From Candidatus Methylomirabilota bacterium (GTDB lineage: Bacteria > Methylomirabilota > Methylomirabilia > Rokubacteriales > CSP1-6): a stretch of DNA of 46,022 nt. Every line of letters starts with the position of its first letter. Within the stretch, counting starts at the first letter, position 1. Made by a program: the position numbers and the translations under genes. Location of the stretch: NCBI GenBank assembly GCA_035455085.1, contig DATIFV010000207.1, forward strand, positions 1-46,022, written 5' to 3'. Shown piece by piece: positions 23,410-31,671 of the stretch. The notes beneath the pieces are model-generated. The model was not told where the DNA came from and did no database searches. It was given only the letters and a program-made list of their open reading frames with translations.

Positions 23410-24237
23410 GTGATCATAGCCGCCATGCCGGTGGCTTTGCAGGTCGAAATCGTCGAGGATCCCGGCGATCCCCGGGTCGCGGACTTCCGTGATGCGCGCG
23501 ACGGCCACCTCCGCCGTCGCGCGGGCCTGTTCCTGGCCGAAGGCCGCCTGGTCGTCCGCCGCCTGCTCGAGACCTCCCGCTTCCACGTCCGCTCCCTGCT
23601 GCTGACCCCGAGCGCGCTCGACGATCTCCGCGATCTGCTAGCGGGTGACGGGGGTCTCCCGCTCTACGTCGCCTCCGCCGAGACCGTCCGCGCCATCGTG
23701 GGCTTCAAGTTCCACCGCGGCTGCCTGGCCGTCGCCGCGCGCGGCGCGCCGCCGGGATCGGAGGCGCTCATCGAGCCGCCCGGTGCCAGGACCCTGCTCG
23801 CCCTGGAAGGGCTGGCCGATCCCGACAACGTGGGCGCGGTCTTTCGCAACGCGGCGGCCTTCGGCGTGGGGGGCGTCCTGCTCTCACCGGGCTGCGCCGA
23901 TCCGCTCTACCGCAAGGCCATCCGGGTGTCCATGGGCACCACGCTCTCGCTGCCGTTCGCCCGGATCGATTGGGCCTTGGGCCTCCTCCGGCTGCGGGAG
24001 GCCGGCTACACGCTGCTGGCGCTCACGCCCGACCGGGACGCCGAGGACATCGGCACCGTGGCCGGCCGCGGTCCGGGCGCGCGGCGGCTCGCCCTCCTGC
24101 TGGGCGCCGAGGGCGCCGGGCTCGGCCCGGATTCACGCGCCGCCGCACACCGGCGCGTGCGCATCCCGATGGCGGCCGGGATCGATTCCCTGAACGTGGC
24201 CACCGCGTGCGCGATCGCGCTGCACCGCCTGGCATGA
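23410..24237 (+). CDS. SpoU/TrmH-family RNA 2'-O-methyltransferase
   Basis: LLALEGLADPDNVGAVFRNAAAFGVGGVLL, LLLGAEGAGLG and RIPMAAGIDSLNVATACAIALH are the three SPOUT motifs. GTG at 23410 or ATG at 23425. Confidence 0.85.
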   Translation: MIIAAMPVALQVEIVEDPGDPRVADFRDARDGHLRRRAGLFLAEGRLVVRRLLETSRFHVRSLLLTPSALDDLRDLLAGDGGLPLYVASAETVRAIVGFKFHRGCLAVAARGAPPGSEALIEPPGARTLLALEGLADPDNVGAVFRNAAAFGVGGVLLSPGCADPLYRKAIRVSMGTTLSLPFARIDWALGLLRLREAGYTLLALTPDRDAEDIGTVAGRGPGARRLALLLGAEGAGLGPDSRAAAHRRVRIPMAAGIDSLNVATACAIALHRLA

Positions 24238-24935
24238 TCCGCATCGGCACGTCCGGCTACAACTATCCGGAGTGGCGCGGCAGCTTCTACCCGGACAAGT
24301 TTCCCACCGGCAAGATGCTGGCCTACTACGCCGAGCGCTTCGACACCGTCGAGATCAACTACACGTTCTACCGGATGCCCAACGCGAAGACCATCGCGGG
24401 CTGGGTCGCCGAGACCCCGGACGGCTTCTCGTTCACGCTCAAGGCCCCGCAGCGCATCACGCACTTCGCGCGGCTGCGGGACATCGACGACCCGCTGCGC
24501 TATTTCCTCGATACCGCCGCGGGGCTGGGGCCGAAGCTCGGCCCGGTCCTGTTCCAGCTCCCGCCCAACTTCAAGAAGGACCTCGTCCGCCTGGGCGGGC
24601 TCCTGGAGCGCCTCCCCGACGGGCTGCGCTGCGCGCTCGAGTTCCGCCACGAGAGCTGGTTCGCCGACGACGTGTACGAGCAGCTGCGCGCGGCCAACGC
24701 CGCCCTCTGCGTGGCCGACACCGAGGAGGCCACCACGCCGCTCGAGGTGACCGCCGACTGGGGTTACCTGCGCCTGCGCGACCAGGGCTACACCGCCCAC
24801 GACCTCGAGAGCTGGAGCCGCCGGATCCTGGAGCTCCGCTCCCGCTGGCGCGATGCCTTCGTCTACTTCAAGCACGAGGAGGCCGGGACCGGCCCCGCCT
24901 TCGCCCGGCAGCTGCAGGAGCTCCTGAGGCGCTGA
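24234..24935 (+). CDS. DUF72 (YecE-like) family protein
   Basis: The ATG overlaps the SpoU stop (ATGA). MIRIGTSGYNYPEWRGSFYP...YYAERFDTVEINYTFYRMP...FSFTLKAPQRITH...VLFQLPPNF...EFRHESW. Confidence 0.85.
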   Translation: MIRIGTSGYNYPEWRGSFYPDKFPTGKMLAYYAERFDTVEINYTFYRMPNAKTIAGWVAETPDGFSFTLKAPQRITHFARLRDIDDPLRYFLDTAAGLGPKLGPVLFQLPPNFKKDLVRLGGLLERLPDGLRCALEFRHESWFADDVYEQLRAANAALCVADTEEATTPLEVTADWGYLRLRDQGYTAHDLESWSRRILELRSRWRDAFVYFKHEEAGTGPAFARQLQELLRR

Positions 24936-27666
24936 CCCTCCGCGGGGTCCTCTTCACCCTGCCCGCTCCCCCGAGACGAGAGGGTACGCGCAGGGCCTCG
25001 ATGCGCTCCAGGGCGGCGGCCAGGTCGATGCCCTCGCCCAGCACCGGGCGCAGCGGGTCGTCCCGCCGGTCGAAGCGGGCGGGGAGGGTCCTGAGGGTGA
25101 ATTGCGCCGGATCGAGGCGTGGGGTCACCTCCCGCCACTCGAGCGGGCAGGAGGCGGGCGCGCCGGGCAGCGGCCGCAGGGAGTAGGGCGCGACGATGGT
25201 CTGGCCGTATCCGTTCTGGCCGAAGTCGATGTAGACCTTGCCACCGCGCGCGCGCAGCGGCCGCGCCACCGTCGAGATGTCCGGTTCGGCCTCCACGCCC
25301 AGGATCGCCAGCAGCCGCGCAAACGTCCGGCACTGCTCGTAGGTGTACCGGGCGCCGAGGGGCAGCAGGATGTGTAGCCCGGTGGCGCCCGACGTCTTCA
25401 CGTAGCTCGGCAGCTCGAGGCGGTCGAGGATCCGCCGCAGGGCGAGGGCGACCCGGACCACGTCGGTGAACGGCGCCCCCTTGGGGTCGAGGTCGAGCAC
25501 CAGCCAGTCCGGGCGCTCGAGGGAGGGGATCCGCGACGCCCAGAGATGGATCGGGATCGCGGCGCTGTTGGCGACGTAGCGCAGCATCTCCATGTCGTCC
25601 ACCACCAGGTACGCGATGTCGCGCTCGGTGTCCCGTGAGTAGATGCGCTCGGTCCGCACCCACGCCGGCGCGAACTCGGGCGCATCCTTCTGGTAGAAGG
25701 ACTTGCCGCCGATGCCGTCCGGGAAGCGCGTGAGCACGAGCGGACGGTCCCTCAGATACGGGAGCATCAGGGGCGCCACCCGCTCGTAGTACGCGATCAG
25801 GTCGCCCTTGGTGAGGCCGTCTGCGGGCCAGAAGACTTTGTTTACGTTGGTGGGCCGAAGACGAGCCGGTGCCGGTGCCACCGGGGCGTCTTGTTCTGAT
25901 TGGGGGGGAGCGGTCGCCGCTCCGCCCCCAAGCCCCCCCACCCCCGCTCGCTTCTGCTGGCCGCGTTGCGTCGATCGTCTCGCGCGATCTGCGGGCAGTG
26001 GTTCCGGCGCTCTCGATCGTTCCGGCGCGGCCAAGCGTTCCGGACCTCCCGCCGCCTCGCCTTCCCGCATCGGCTCCGGTTCCTCGCGCCGGCAGTCGGT
26101 GGGCTTCTTGTCGTCGCGCAGCCCGACGAACGTCGGGTGCCGGAGGCCGCCGTCCTCGGTCCACTCGGTGAAGCGAACCTCGCAGACCAGGCGCGGCTCC
26201 ACCCAGTGGTGGCCGCGCCCGGTCGGAACGGCGCCGGCGTCGAAGGGCGAGGTCGCCCGCGCGAGCGGACGGAGCGCCTCCCAGATCGCCCGGAGTCCGG
26301 CGCGGTCGAAGCCGGTGCCCACCTTCGAGACGTAGACCAGGCGCGGGGCGGCGATGGGGCCGTCGTAGAGGCCGAGGTGCAGCGCGCCGAAGTGGCCCCG
26401 CGAGCCCTGCGGATCCGTATAGCCGCCGATGACGAACTCCTGCCGGCGCTGGCACTTGATCTTGATCCAGTCGCGGGTCCGGGTGCCGGTGTAGAGGCTC
26501 CGGGCCCGCTTGGCCACGATGCCCTCGAGGCGCTGCTCGGAGGCGAGGTCGAAGAACGCCTCCCCCGCCTCCGCCACGTGGTCGCCGTAGCGGACGGTGC
26601 CGAGCGGCGGCACCAGCAGCCGCAGGCACTCCTTGCGGTCCACGAGGGGCAGCTTGCGCAGGTCGCGATCCTCGAGCATCAGACAGTCGAAGAACACTCC
26701 GATCACCGGGCGCCGCGCGACCACCCGCTCGATCTCGCGCGGATCGGTGAGCCCCATGCGCGACTGCAGGCGCTGGAAGCTCGGCCGACCCGCGTCGTCG
26801 AGGGCCACGATCTCGCCGTCGATGACGAACGAGTCGGCGGGGAGCGCGCGCAGGGCGCGCGCCACTTCCGGGTAGCGCGACGTGATGTCCTGGCCGCTCC
26901 GCCCGTACAGCTCGACACGCTCCCCGCGGCGCGAGGCGAGCACGCGGACCCCGTCGTACTTGATCTCGTAGATCCAGGCCGGGTCCGAGAACGGCCGCTC
27001 GGCGAGGGTGGCGAGCGTGAACGGCTGCCTGCGCGCGACCACCTCGCCCCGCGGCGCTCCGAGGGCGTCGAGGCGCGCGCGGAGGGCGCCGCGGCGTCCG
27101 GCCCGATCCGCCATCTCCTCGACGGTGAGCCCGGAGATCACCGACTGCGGATACCGTTCGGGGAGGTCGGCCGCCTCGGCCGGGACCGCCGCCCCGTCCG
27201 CCTTCTTGAGCAGCAGCCAGTCCTTGGTCTTGCCCGACATGCGGGCGAGCGTCCAGCGCCCGCGCATCTTGTGGCCGAAGATCTCCACCTCGAGCTTGCC
27301 GCGCGCGAGCTGGGCGAGCGGCTCCTCCGGCTTGGCGGACCGGTACGAGCCGTGGTCCCACACGATGACCGAGCCGGCGCCGTAGTTGCCGGGCGGGATC
27401 ACGCCCTCGAAGTCGCCGTACTCGACGGGATGATCCTCGACCTGGACCGCGAGCCGCCTCTCCTCCGGGTGCGCGGAGGGACCCTTCGGCACCGCCCAGC
27501 TCTTGAGCACCCCGTCCATCTCGAGGCGCAGATCGTAGTGCAGCCGTCGCGCCGCGTGCTTCTGCACCACGAAGAGCCGGCCCGCCGCGGTGGGCCGGCC
27601 CCCGAACGGCTCCGGGGTGCGCTCCGGATCGCGCTTGCCGCGATACGCGGTGAGCTCGGGCCCCAT
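24868..27666 (-). CDS. ligD: Multidomain DNA ligase D (phosphoesterase - ATP-dependent ligase - polymerase/primase)
   Basis: PE domain (YRGKRDPERTPEP, FVVQKHAARRLHYDLRLE), ligase adenylation motif YEIKYDGVR, C-terminal Pol domain (VFWPADGLTKGDLIAYYERVAP...FYQKD). Start taken at MGPELTAYRGKRD (27666). Alternatives at 27714 and 27798. Confidence 0.9.
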   Translation of the reverse strand: MGPELTAYRGKRDPERTPEPFGGRPTAAGRLFVVQKHAARRLHYDLRLEMDGVLKSWAVPKGPSAHPEERRLAVQVEDHPVEYGDFEGVIPPGNYGAGSVIVWDHGSYRSAKPEEPLAQLARGKLEVEIFGHKMRGRWTLARMSGKTKDWLLLKKADGAAVPAEAADLPERYPQSVISGLTVEEMADRAGRRGALRARLDALGAPRGEVVARRQPFTLATLAERPFSDPAWIYEIKYDGVRVLASRRGERVELYGRSGQDITSRYPEVARALRALPADSFVIDGEIVALDDAGRPSFQRLQSRMGLTDPREIERVVARRPVIGVFFDCLMLEDRDLRKLPLVDRKECLRLLVPPLGTVRYGDHVAEAGEAFFDLASEQRLEGIVAKRARSLYTGTRTRDWIKIKCQRRQEFVIGGYTDPQGSRGHFGALHLGLYDGPIAAPRLVYVSKVGTGFDRAGLRAIWEALRPLARATSPFDAGAVPTGRGHHWVEPRLVCEVRFTEWTEDGGLRHPTFVGLRDDKKPTDCRREEPEPMREGEAAGGPERLAAPERSRAPEPLPADRARRSTQRGQQKRAGVGGLGGGAATAPPQSEQDAPVAPAPARLRPTNVNKVFWPADGLTKGDLIAYYERVAPLMLPYLRDRPLVLTRFPDGIGGKSFYQKDAPEFAPAWVRTERIYSRDTERDIAYLVVDDMEMLRYVANSAAIPIHLWASRIPSLERPDWLVLDLDPKGAPFTDVVRVALALRRILDRLELPSYVKTSGATGLHILLPLGARYTYEQCRTFARLLAILGVEAEPDISTVARPLRARGGKVYIDFGQNGYGQTIVAPYSLRPLPGAPASCPLEWREVTPRLDPAQFTLRTLPARFDRRDDPLRPVLGEGIDLAAALERIEALRVPSRLGGAGRVKRTPRRVSASGAPAAAGRRRGRSRPPRA

Positions 27667-27766
27667 CCCTCGCCCCTTCTCGCCGCGTGCACCACCATCC
27701 CGTGCGGTTGCCATCGGAGACTTGGAGCATAGCCGCCTGCGTGCTACTGTGCAAAGCCTCACGGTC

Positions 27767-28672
27767 ATGGCTCCCCATTCTCTCGGCTCCGGGACCATTT
27801 CCTTCGGGCTCGTCTCGATCCCGGTGAAGCTCTACACCGCCGCGTCGTCGGGCTCGGTGAGCTTCAACCTCCTGCACGCCAAGTGCGGCAGCCGGATCAA
27901 GCAGCAGACGTTCTGCCCGGTCTGCAACGAGGTGGTGGAGCGCAACGCCCTGGTCAAGGGCTACGAGTTCCAGAAGGATCAGTACGTGCGCCTGACCGAC
28001 GAGGAGCTCAAGGGCCTCGAGGGCGAGGCCTCGAAGGTCATCGACATCGCCGAGTTCGTCCCTCTCGCCTCGGTGGATCCGATCTACTTCGAGAAGACGT
28101 ACTACCTCGGGCCCGACAAGGGGGGCGAGAAGCCCTACCGGCTCCTCGCCGACGCGATGGCCAAGAGCGACCGGGTGGCGCTCGCCACCTTCGTCATGCG
28201 CGGCAAGGAGAGCCTGGTGCTGATCCGGCCCGCGCAGGACGGGCTGATGCTGCACACCATGTACTTCGCCGACGAGGTGCGCGACTTCGGCGAGATCGAC
28301 AAGGGCAAGTCGGCGAAGCTTCGCGAGGGCGAGCTCGACCTGGCCGAGCGGCTGATCGGGGAGCTCTCGCACGCCGAGTTCAAGCCGGAGCAGTACCAGG
28401 ACCACTACCGCAACCGCGTGCTCGACCTCGTGAACTCGAAGGTGGAGGGCAAGGAGATCACCGCGGCGGCCCCCGAGGCCCAGCGCGCGCAGGTCATCGA
28501 TCTCATGGACGCGCTCAAGCAGAGCCTGGCCAAGCGCGCGGGGGCTCCCGAAGCGCAGCGCGCGGACGCGAAGGCCGTCGCGCCCGGCGCCAAGAAGCCG
28601 CCGGTCAAGGCGCCCCGGCGCGCCGCCTCATCGGACAAGCCGGACCGGAAAGCGCAAGCCGGCCGCAAATGA
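27767..28672 (+). CDS. ku: Ku protein (non-homologous end joining)
   Basis: GTISFGLVSIPVKLYTA...VKGYEF.KDQYV.LTDEEL...IDIAEFVP...YFEKTYYLGPDKGGEKPYRLL, basic Lys/Ala/Pro C-terminal tail. ATG at 27767, divergent from ligD across about 100 nt. Confidence 0.9.
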   Translation: MAPHSLGSGTISFGLVSIPVKLYTAASSGSVSFNLLHAKCGSRIKQQTFCPVCNEVVERNALVKGYEFQKDQYVRLTDEELKGLEGEASKVIDIAEFVPLASVDPIYFEKTYYLGPDKGGEKPYRLLADAMAKSDRVALATFVMRGKESLVLIRPAQDGLMLHTMYFADEVRDFGEIDKGKSAKLREGELDLAERLIGELSHAEFKPEQYQDHYRNRVLDLVNSKVEGKEITAAAPEAQRAQVIDLMDALKQSLAKRAGAPEAQRADAKAVAPGAKKPPVKAPRRAASSDKPDRKAQAGRK

Positions 28673-29499
28673 CGCGCTTCACCACCCACGAGGTGGCGAA
28701 GGCGCTCGGCCTGTCCGACTCCCGCATCCGCACCTGCGCCCGCGCGGCCCTGCTCTCGCCGCCCCGCGGCCGCCGCGGCCGCCTGCAGTGGTCCTTCCAG
28801 GACCTGCTCCTGCTCCGGACCGCAAAGGAGCTGCTCGATGCCCGGATCCCCGCGCGTCGGATCCGCCGCATGATCGCCTCCCTCCGCCGTCAGCTTCCCC
28901 CCGATCGCGCGCTGTCGAGCCTGACCATCTACGCCGACGGCCGCCGCGTGGTGGCCTGGGACGGCACCGCCCGCTGGCAGCCGGACTCCGGCCAGTTCCT
29001 GTTCAACTTCGACGCACAGGCCGCCGTCGCGGGCGCGACCCCGATCCGCGAGCCGGCCTCCGAGGCGCCGGGCGCGACTCGGACCGCGGAGGACTGGTTC
29101 AACCTCGGCTGCGAGCTCGACACCGCGTCCCCCGACGAGGCGCGCCGGGCCTACGAGCAGGCGCTCGCGCTCGACCCGGGGCTGGCCGATGCGCACGTCA
29201 ATCTCGGCCGCCTCCACCAGCACGGCGGGGACACCGTCCACGCCGAGACCCACTACCGGGCCGCCATCGCCCTCGCGCCGGACGACGCGGTGGCCCACTT
29301 CAACCTGGGTGGACTGCTCGAGGAGACCGGGCGCGCCGCCGACGCCGTCCTCGCCTACCAGCGGGCGGTCGCTGCGGATCCCGACCTCGCGGACGCGCAC
29401 TACAACCTGGGATTGCTGCTGGATGCTCTGGGTCGGCGGCCAACCGCCATGACCCATCTCCGCGCCGCCCGCCGCCTCTACGGCCGCCGCTCCGCCTGA
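28669..29499 (+). CDS. MerR-type HTH protein fused to TPR repeats
   Basis: The ATG overlaps the Ku stop (ATGA). N-terminus FTTHEVAKALGLSDSRIRTCARAALL...WSFQDLLLLRTAKELL (MerR-like HTH). C-terminus has about 4 TPRs (AEDWFNLG..., ADAHVNLGRL..., AVAHFNLGGLL..., ADAHYNLGLLL...). Confidence 0.7.
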   Translation: MTRFTTHEVAKALGLSDSRIRTCARAALLSPPRGRRGRLQWSFQDLLLLRTAKELLDARIPARRIRRMIASLRRQLPPDRALSSLTIYADGRRVVAWDGTARWQPDSGQFLFNFDAQAAVAGATPIREPASEAPGATRTAEDWFNLGCELDTASPDEARRAYEQALALDPGLADAHVNLGRLHQHGGDTVHAETHYRAAIALAPDDAVAHFNLGGLLEETGRAADAVLAYQRAVAADPDLADAHYNLGLLLDALGRRPTAMTHLRAARRLYGRRSA

Positions 29500-29605
29500 G
29501 GCGCCGGCGCCTGCTGCCGCAATTGCGCGGCCAGGGTGACGGGCGGCGTCAGGCCCGACCCGGGTAGGTGGCCGGATCAGCCAAGCAATCCAGGTATTTG
29601 CCGCC

Positions 29606-29621
29606 TGGCAACCACATTGCA
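29606..29621 (+). promoter_or_regulatory. Candidate sigma-54 (-24/-12) promoter, TGGCAACCACATTGCA
   Basis: GG-N10-GC with TGGCA and TTGCA blocks in a GC-poorer intergenic region, about 60 nt upstream of the ATG at 29681. Closely resembles the match at 5444 (CTGGCAA.C...TTGCAC). Confidence 0.55.
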
Positions 29622-29680
29622 CTTGCTCCTCTCATCGCCGAGCTCGCACTCGTACTTTCACCGGAAAGAGGAGCAGATCG

Positions 29681-29941
29681 ATGAGGACGCTGATCGGCTG
29701 GACGGTGGGGGCCGCGTGCGCCACCGTGATCGTGAGCGGGATCTGGGCCATGCCCGTCCACGGGCAGGACACCAAGCAGGAGCGCCGGGAGCTCGAGACC
29801 TCGCGGCAACAGCTACGCAACGCCTACAAGTCGGGCGACCCCACGGCGATCAAGGTGGCACGGGAGAACTACCAGAAGGTCCGCAACCAATCCGCCCGGG
29901 ACAAGCACGAGCGCCGCGACGGCGCCGCGGATCCGAAGTAG
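29681..29941 (+). CDS. Small secreted charged protein (86 aa)
   Basis: SD AAGAGGAG, ATG, signal peptide MRTLIGWTVGAACATVIVSGIWAMPVHG, then a Lys/Arg/Glu/Gln-rich helical region. Confidence 0.5.
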   Translation: MRTLIGWTVGAACATVIVSGIWAMPVHGQDTKQERRELETSRQQLRNAYKSGDPTAIKVARENYQKVRNQSARDKHERRDGAADPK

Positions 29942-29960
29942 TCAGCGCCCCGGCCAAAGG

Positions 29961-31358
29961 CTAGGCGTCGGCGGGGTGGCGCCGGTGCCAGTCGGTGACC
30001 GACTGGTACGCGCGCGCGGCAGCCAGGATGGTGTTCTCCTCCCAGGCCCGCCCCATGAACTGCAGGCTCGTGGGCAGCCCGCGCGCGCCGAAGCCGTTCG
30101 GGACCGCCACCGCAGGCAGCCCCGCGCCGTTGCCCACCGCGCCCATCACGTCCCGCGCGCTACCCCGGATCGCGCTGCGCACCTCGCCGCCCAGCATCGG
30201 GGCCACGCCGGAGCGCCCGGGCGCCACCAGGGCGTCGAGGGATGCCAGCACCCGGTCCGCCTCGCGCGCCATCACGCCCCGCAGCCGCAGCGCCTTGAGG
30301 TAGTCCTTGGCGAGGATCGCGTCGCGGGCGTAGGCGGTGTAGCGGTCCTCGGGGGCGGTGAGCTCCGCGATCGCTCCGCTCTCGATGAGGTCCTCGAAGG
30401 CGCTCGCCGCCTCCGCGAAGAGGATGGTGCGAGTGATGTCGTCGTACGGCAGGTCGGGCAGCGTGACCTCCTCGACGGTGCCGAGGCCCCGCAGGATCTC
30501 CAGCGACCGGGCGAAGCTCTCGCGCACCTCGGCCTCGCAGCCGTCGGTGATGTCGCGCAGGACTCCGAAGCGGAAGCGCCGACTCGTCGTGGCACCGTCA
30601 TAGCGGAAGGGCCGGTCCACCGTGGTCCGGTCGGCAGGATCGGGCCCGGCGATGGCCTCGAGCACCAGGCCGCAGTCGTCCGCGGTGAGCGCGAGGGGCC
30701 CGAGCTTGTCCAGGGTCCAGCAGAGGGCCATGGCGCCGTGACGGCTCACGCGGCCGTAGGTCGGCCGCAGCCCCGCGAGGCCGCAGTTGCCGGCGGGTGA
30801 GAGGATGGAGCCCCAGGTCTCGGAGCCGATCGCGAAGGGCACGAGCCCGGCCGCCACCGCGGAGCCCGAGCCGCTCGAGGAGCCGCCGCTCCACGCCTCG
30901 CGATTCCACGGGTTGACGCCGGGGCCGGTGAAGGCGGCGTTGGGCTGCCGATAGCCCATGCCGCCGGCCAGCTCCACCATCGCGAGCTTGGCGCAGAGCA
31001 CCGCGCCCGCCTCCTCGAGCCGGCGCACCACGGTGGCGTCGAAGTCGAAGCACCGGTCCCGGAAGGGCGCCGCACCCCAGGTGGTCGGGATCCCGCCCGA
31101 GGTTGCCAGCAGGTCCTTGGCGCCGTAGGGGACGCCGTGCAGCGGCCCCCGGTAGCGGCCGGCCGCGATCTCGGCCGCCGCGCGCCTCGCCTGCTCGAGC
31201 GCGCGGGCGCGTGTGACCGTGACCACCGCGTTGTAGCGGGGGCCGAGCCGCTCCAGCCGATCCAGGAAGGTCTCGGCCAGCTCGACCGGGGAGAGCCGGC
31301 GGGCGCGGATGCCCTCCGCGAGCTGCCGCACCGGCGCGAACACCACGTCGTCCGCCAT
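29961..31358 (-). CDS. Amidase-signature (AS) family amidase
   Basis: Start MADDVVFAPV at 31358 (track ORF over-extended). Catalytic Lys block PYGAKDL and signature GGSSSGSGSAVAAGL...GSETWGSI. Confidence 0.85.
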   Translation of the reverse strand: MADDVVFAPVRQLAEGIRARRLSPVELAETFLDRLERLGPRYNAVVTVTRARALEQARRAAAEIAAGRYRGPLHGVPYGAKDLLATSGGIPTTWGAAPFRDRCFDFDATVVRRLEEAGAVLCAKLAMVELAGGMGYRQPNAAFTGPGVNPWNREAWSGGSSSGSGSAVAAGLVPFAIGSETWGSILSPAGNCGLAGLRPTYGRVSRHGAMALCWTLDKLGPLALTADDCGLVLEAIAGPDPADRTTVDRPFRYDGATTSRRFRFGVLRDITDGCEAEVRESFARSLEILRGLGTVEEVTLPDLPYDDITRTILFAEAASAFEDLIESGAIAELTAPEDRYTAYARDAILAKDYLKALRLRGVMAREADRVLASLDALVAPGRSGVAPMLGGEVRSAIRGSARDVMGAVGNGAGLPAVAVPNGFGARGLPTSLQFMGRAWEENTILAAARAYQSVTDWHRRHPADA

Positions 31359-31570
31359 CAGGGCTCCGCCCGGTAGGCCGCGAAGGGCTGGGCGGGCTCC
31401 TCCGCGCTGGTGAGGCGGACCGCGCGCAGGGCGCGCGCGGCCTGCACGATGCCCTCGAGGGCGGTGCGCACGCCGGCCAGCTGCTCGGCGTCCAGGCGGG
31501 GCCCGTAGCGCTCGCGGACCAGCGCGAGCATCGTCTCCACCTCCGCGCGGACCGCCTCGGGCTCGCTCAT
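31358..31570 (-). CDS. Small helical protein (70 aa), possible GatC/AtzG-like amidase partner
   Basis: MSEPEAVRAEVETMLALVRERYGP...EPAQPFAAYRAEP. The stop overlaps the amidase ATG (TGATG). The size and position resemble GatC/AtzG-type small subunits. The family call is inference. Confidence 0.45.
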   Translation of the reverse strand: MSEPEAVRAEVETMLALVRERYGPRLDAEQLAGVRTALEGIVQAARALRAVRLTSAEEPAQPFAAYRAEP

Positions 31571-31671
31571 GCGCCCGCATTCTAGCGGAGGCGCGGGACG
31601 ACCGCACCCGCTTGGCAACGGCACCGCGGAGGGCTAAGATCGCGGGGTCGCTCACCACAGGAGGAGTCGAG

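Noticed and set aside
24868-24935. Convergent gene overlaps (DUF72/ligD 68 nt; 8594-9067 versus 9013-9657, 55 nt; 12818-13228 versus the Sel1 gene, 17 nt) as possible antisense regulation.
   Set aside because: The overlapping C-terminal tails are low-complexity and are most simply explained by late stop codons in GC-rich sequence. Nothing in the sequence points to a regulatory role.
31613-31627. Sigma-54-like match TGGCAACGGCACCGC upstream of the ketopantoate-reductase-family gene.
   Set aside because: The -24 block and GG-N10-GC spacing are good, but the -12 block is CCGC instead of TTGC. In GC-rich DNA that is too weak to call.
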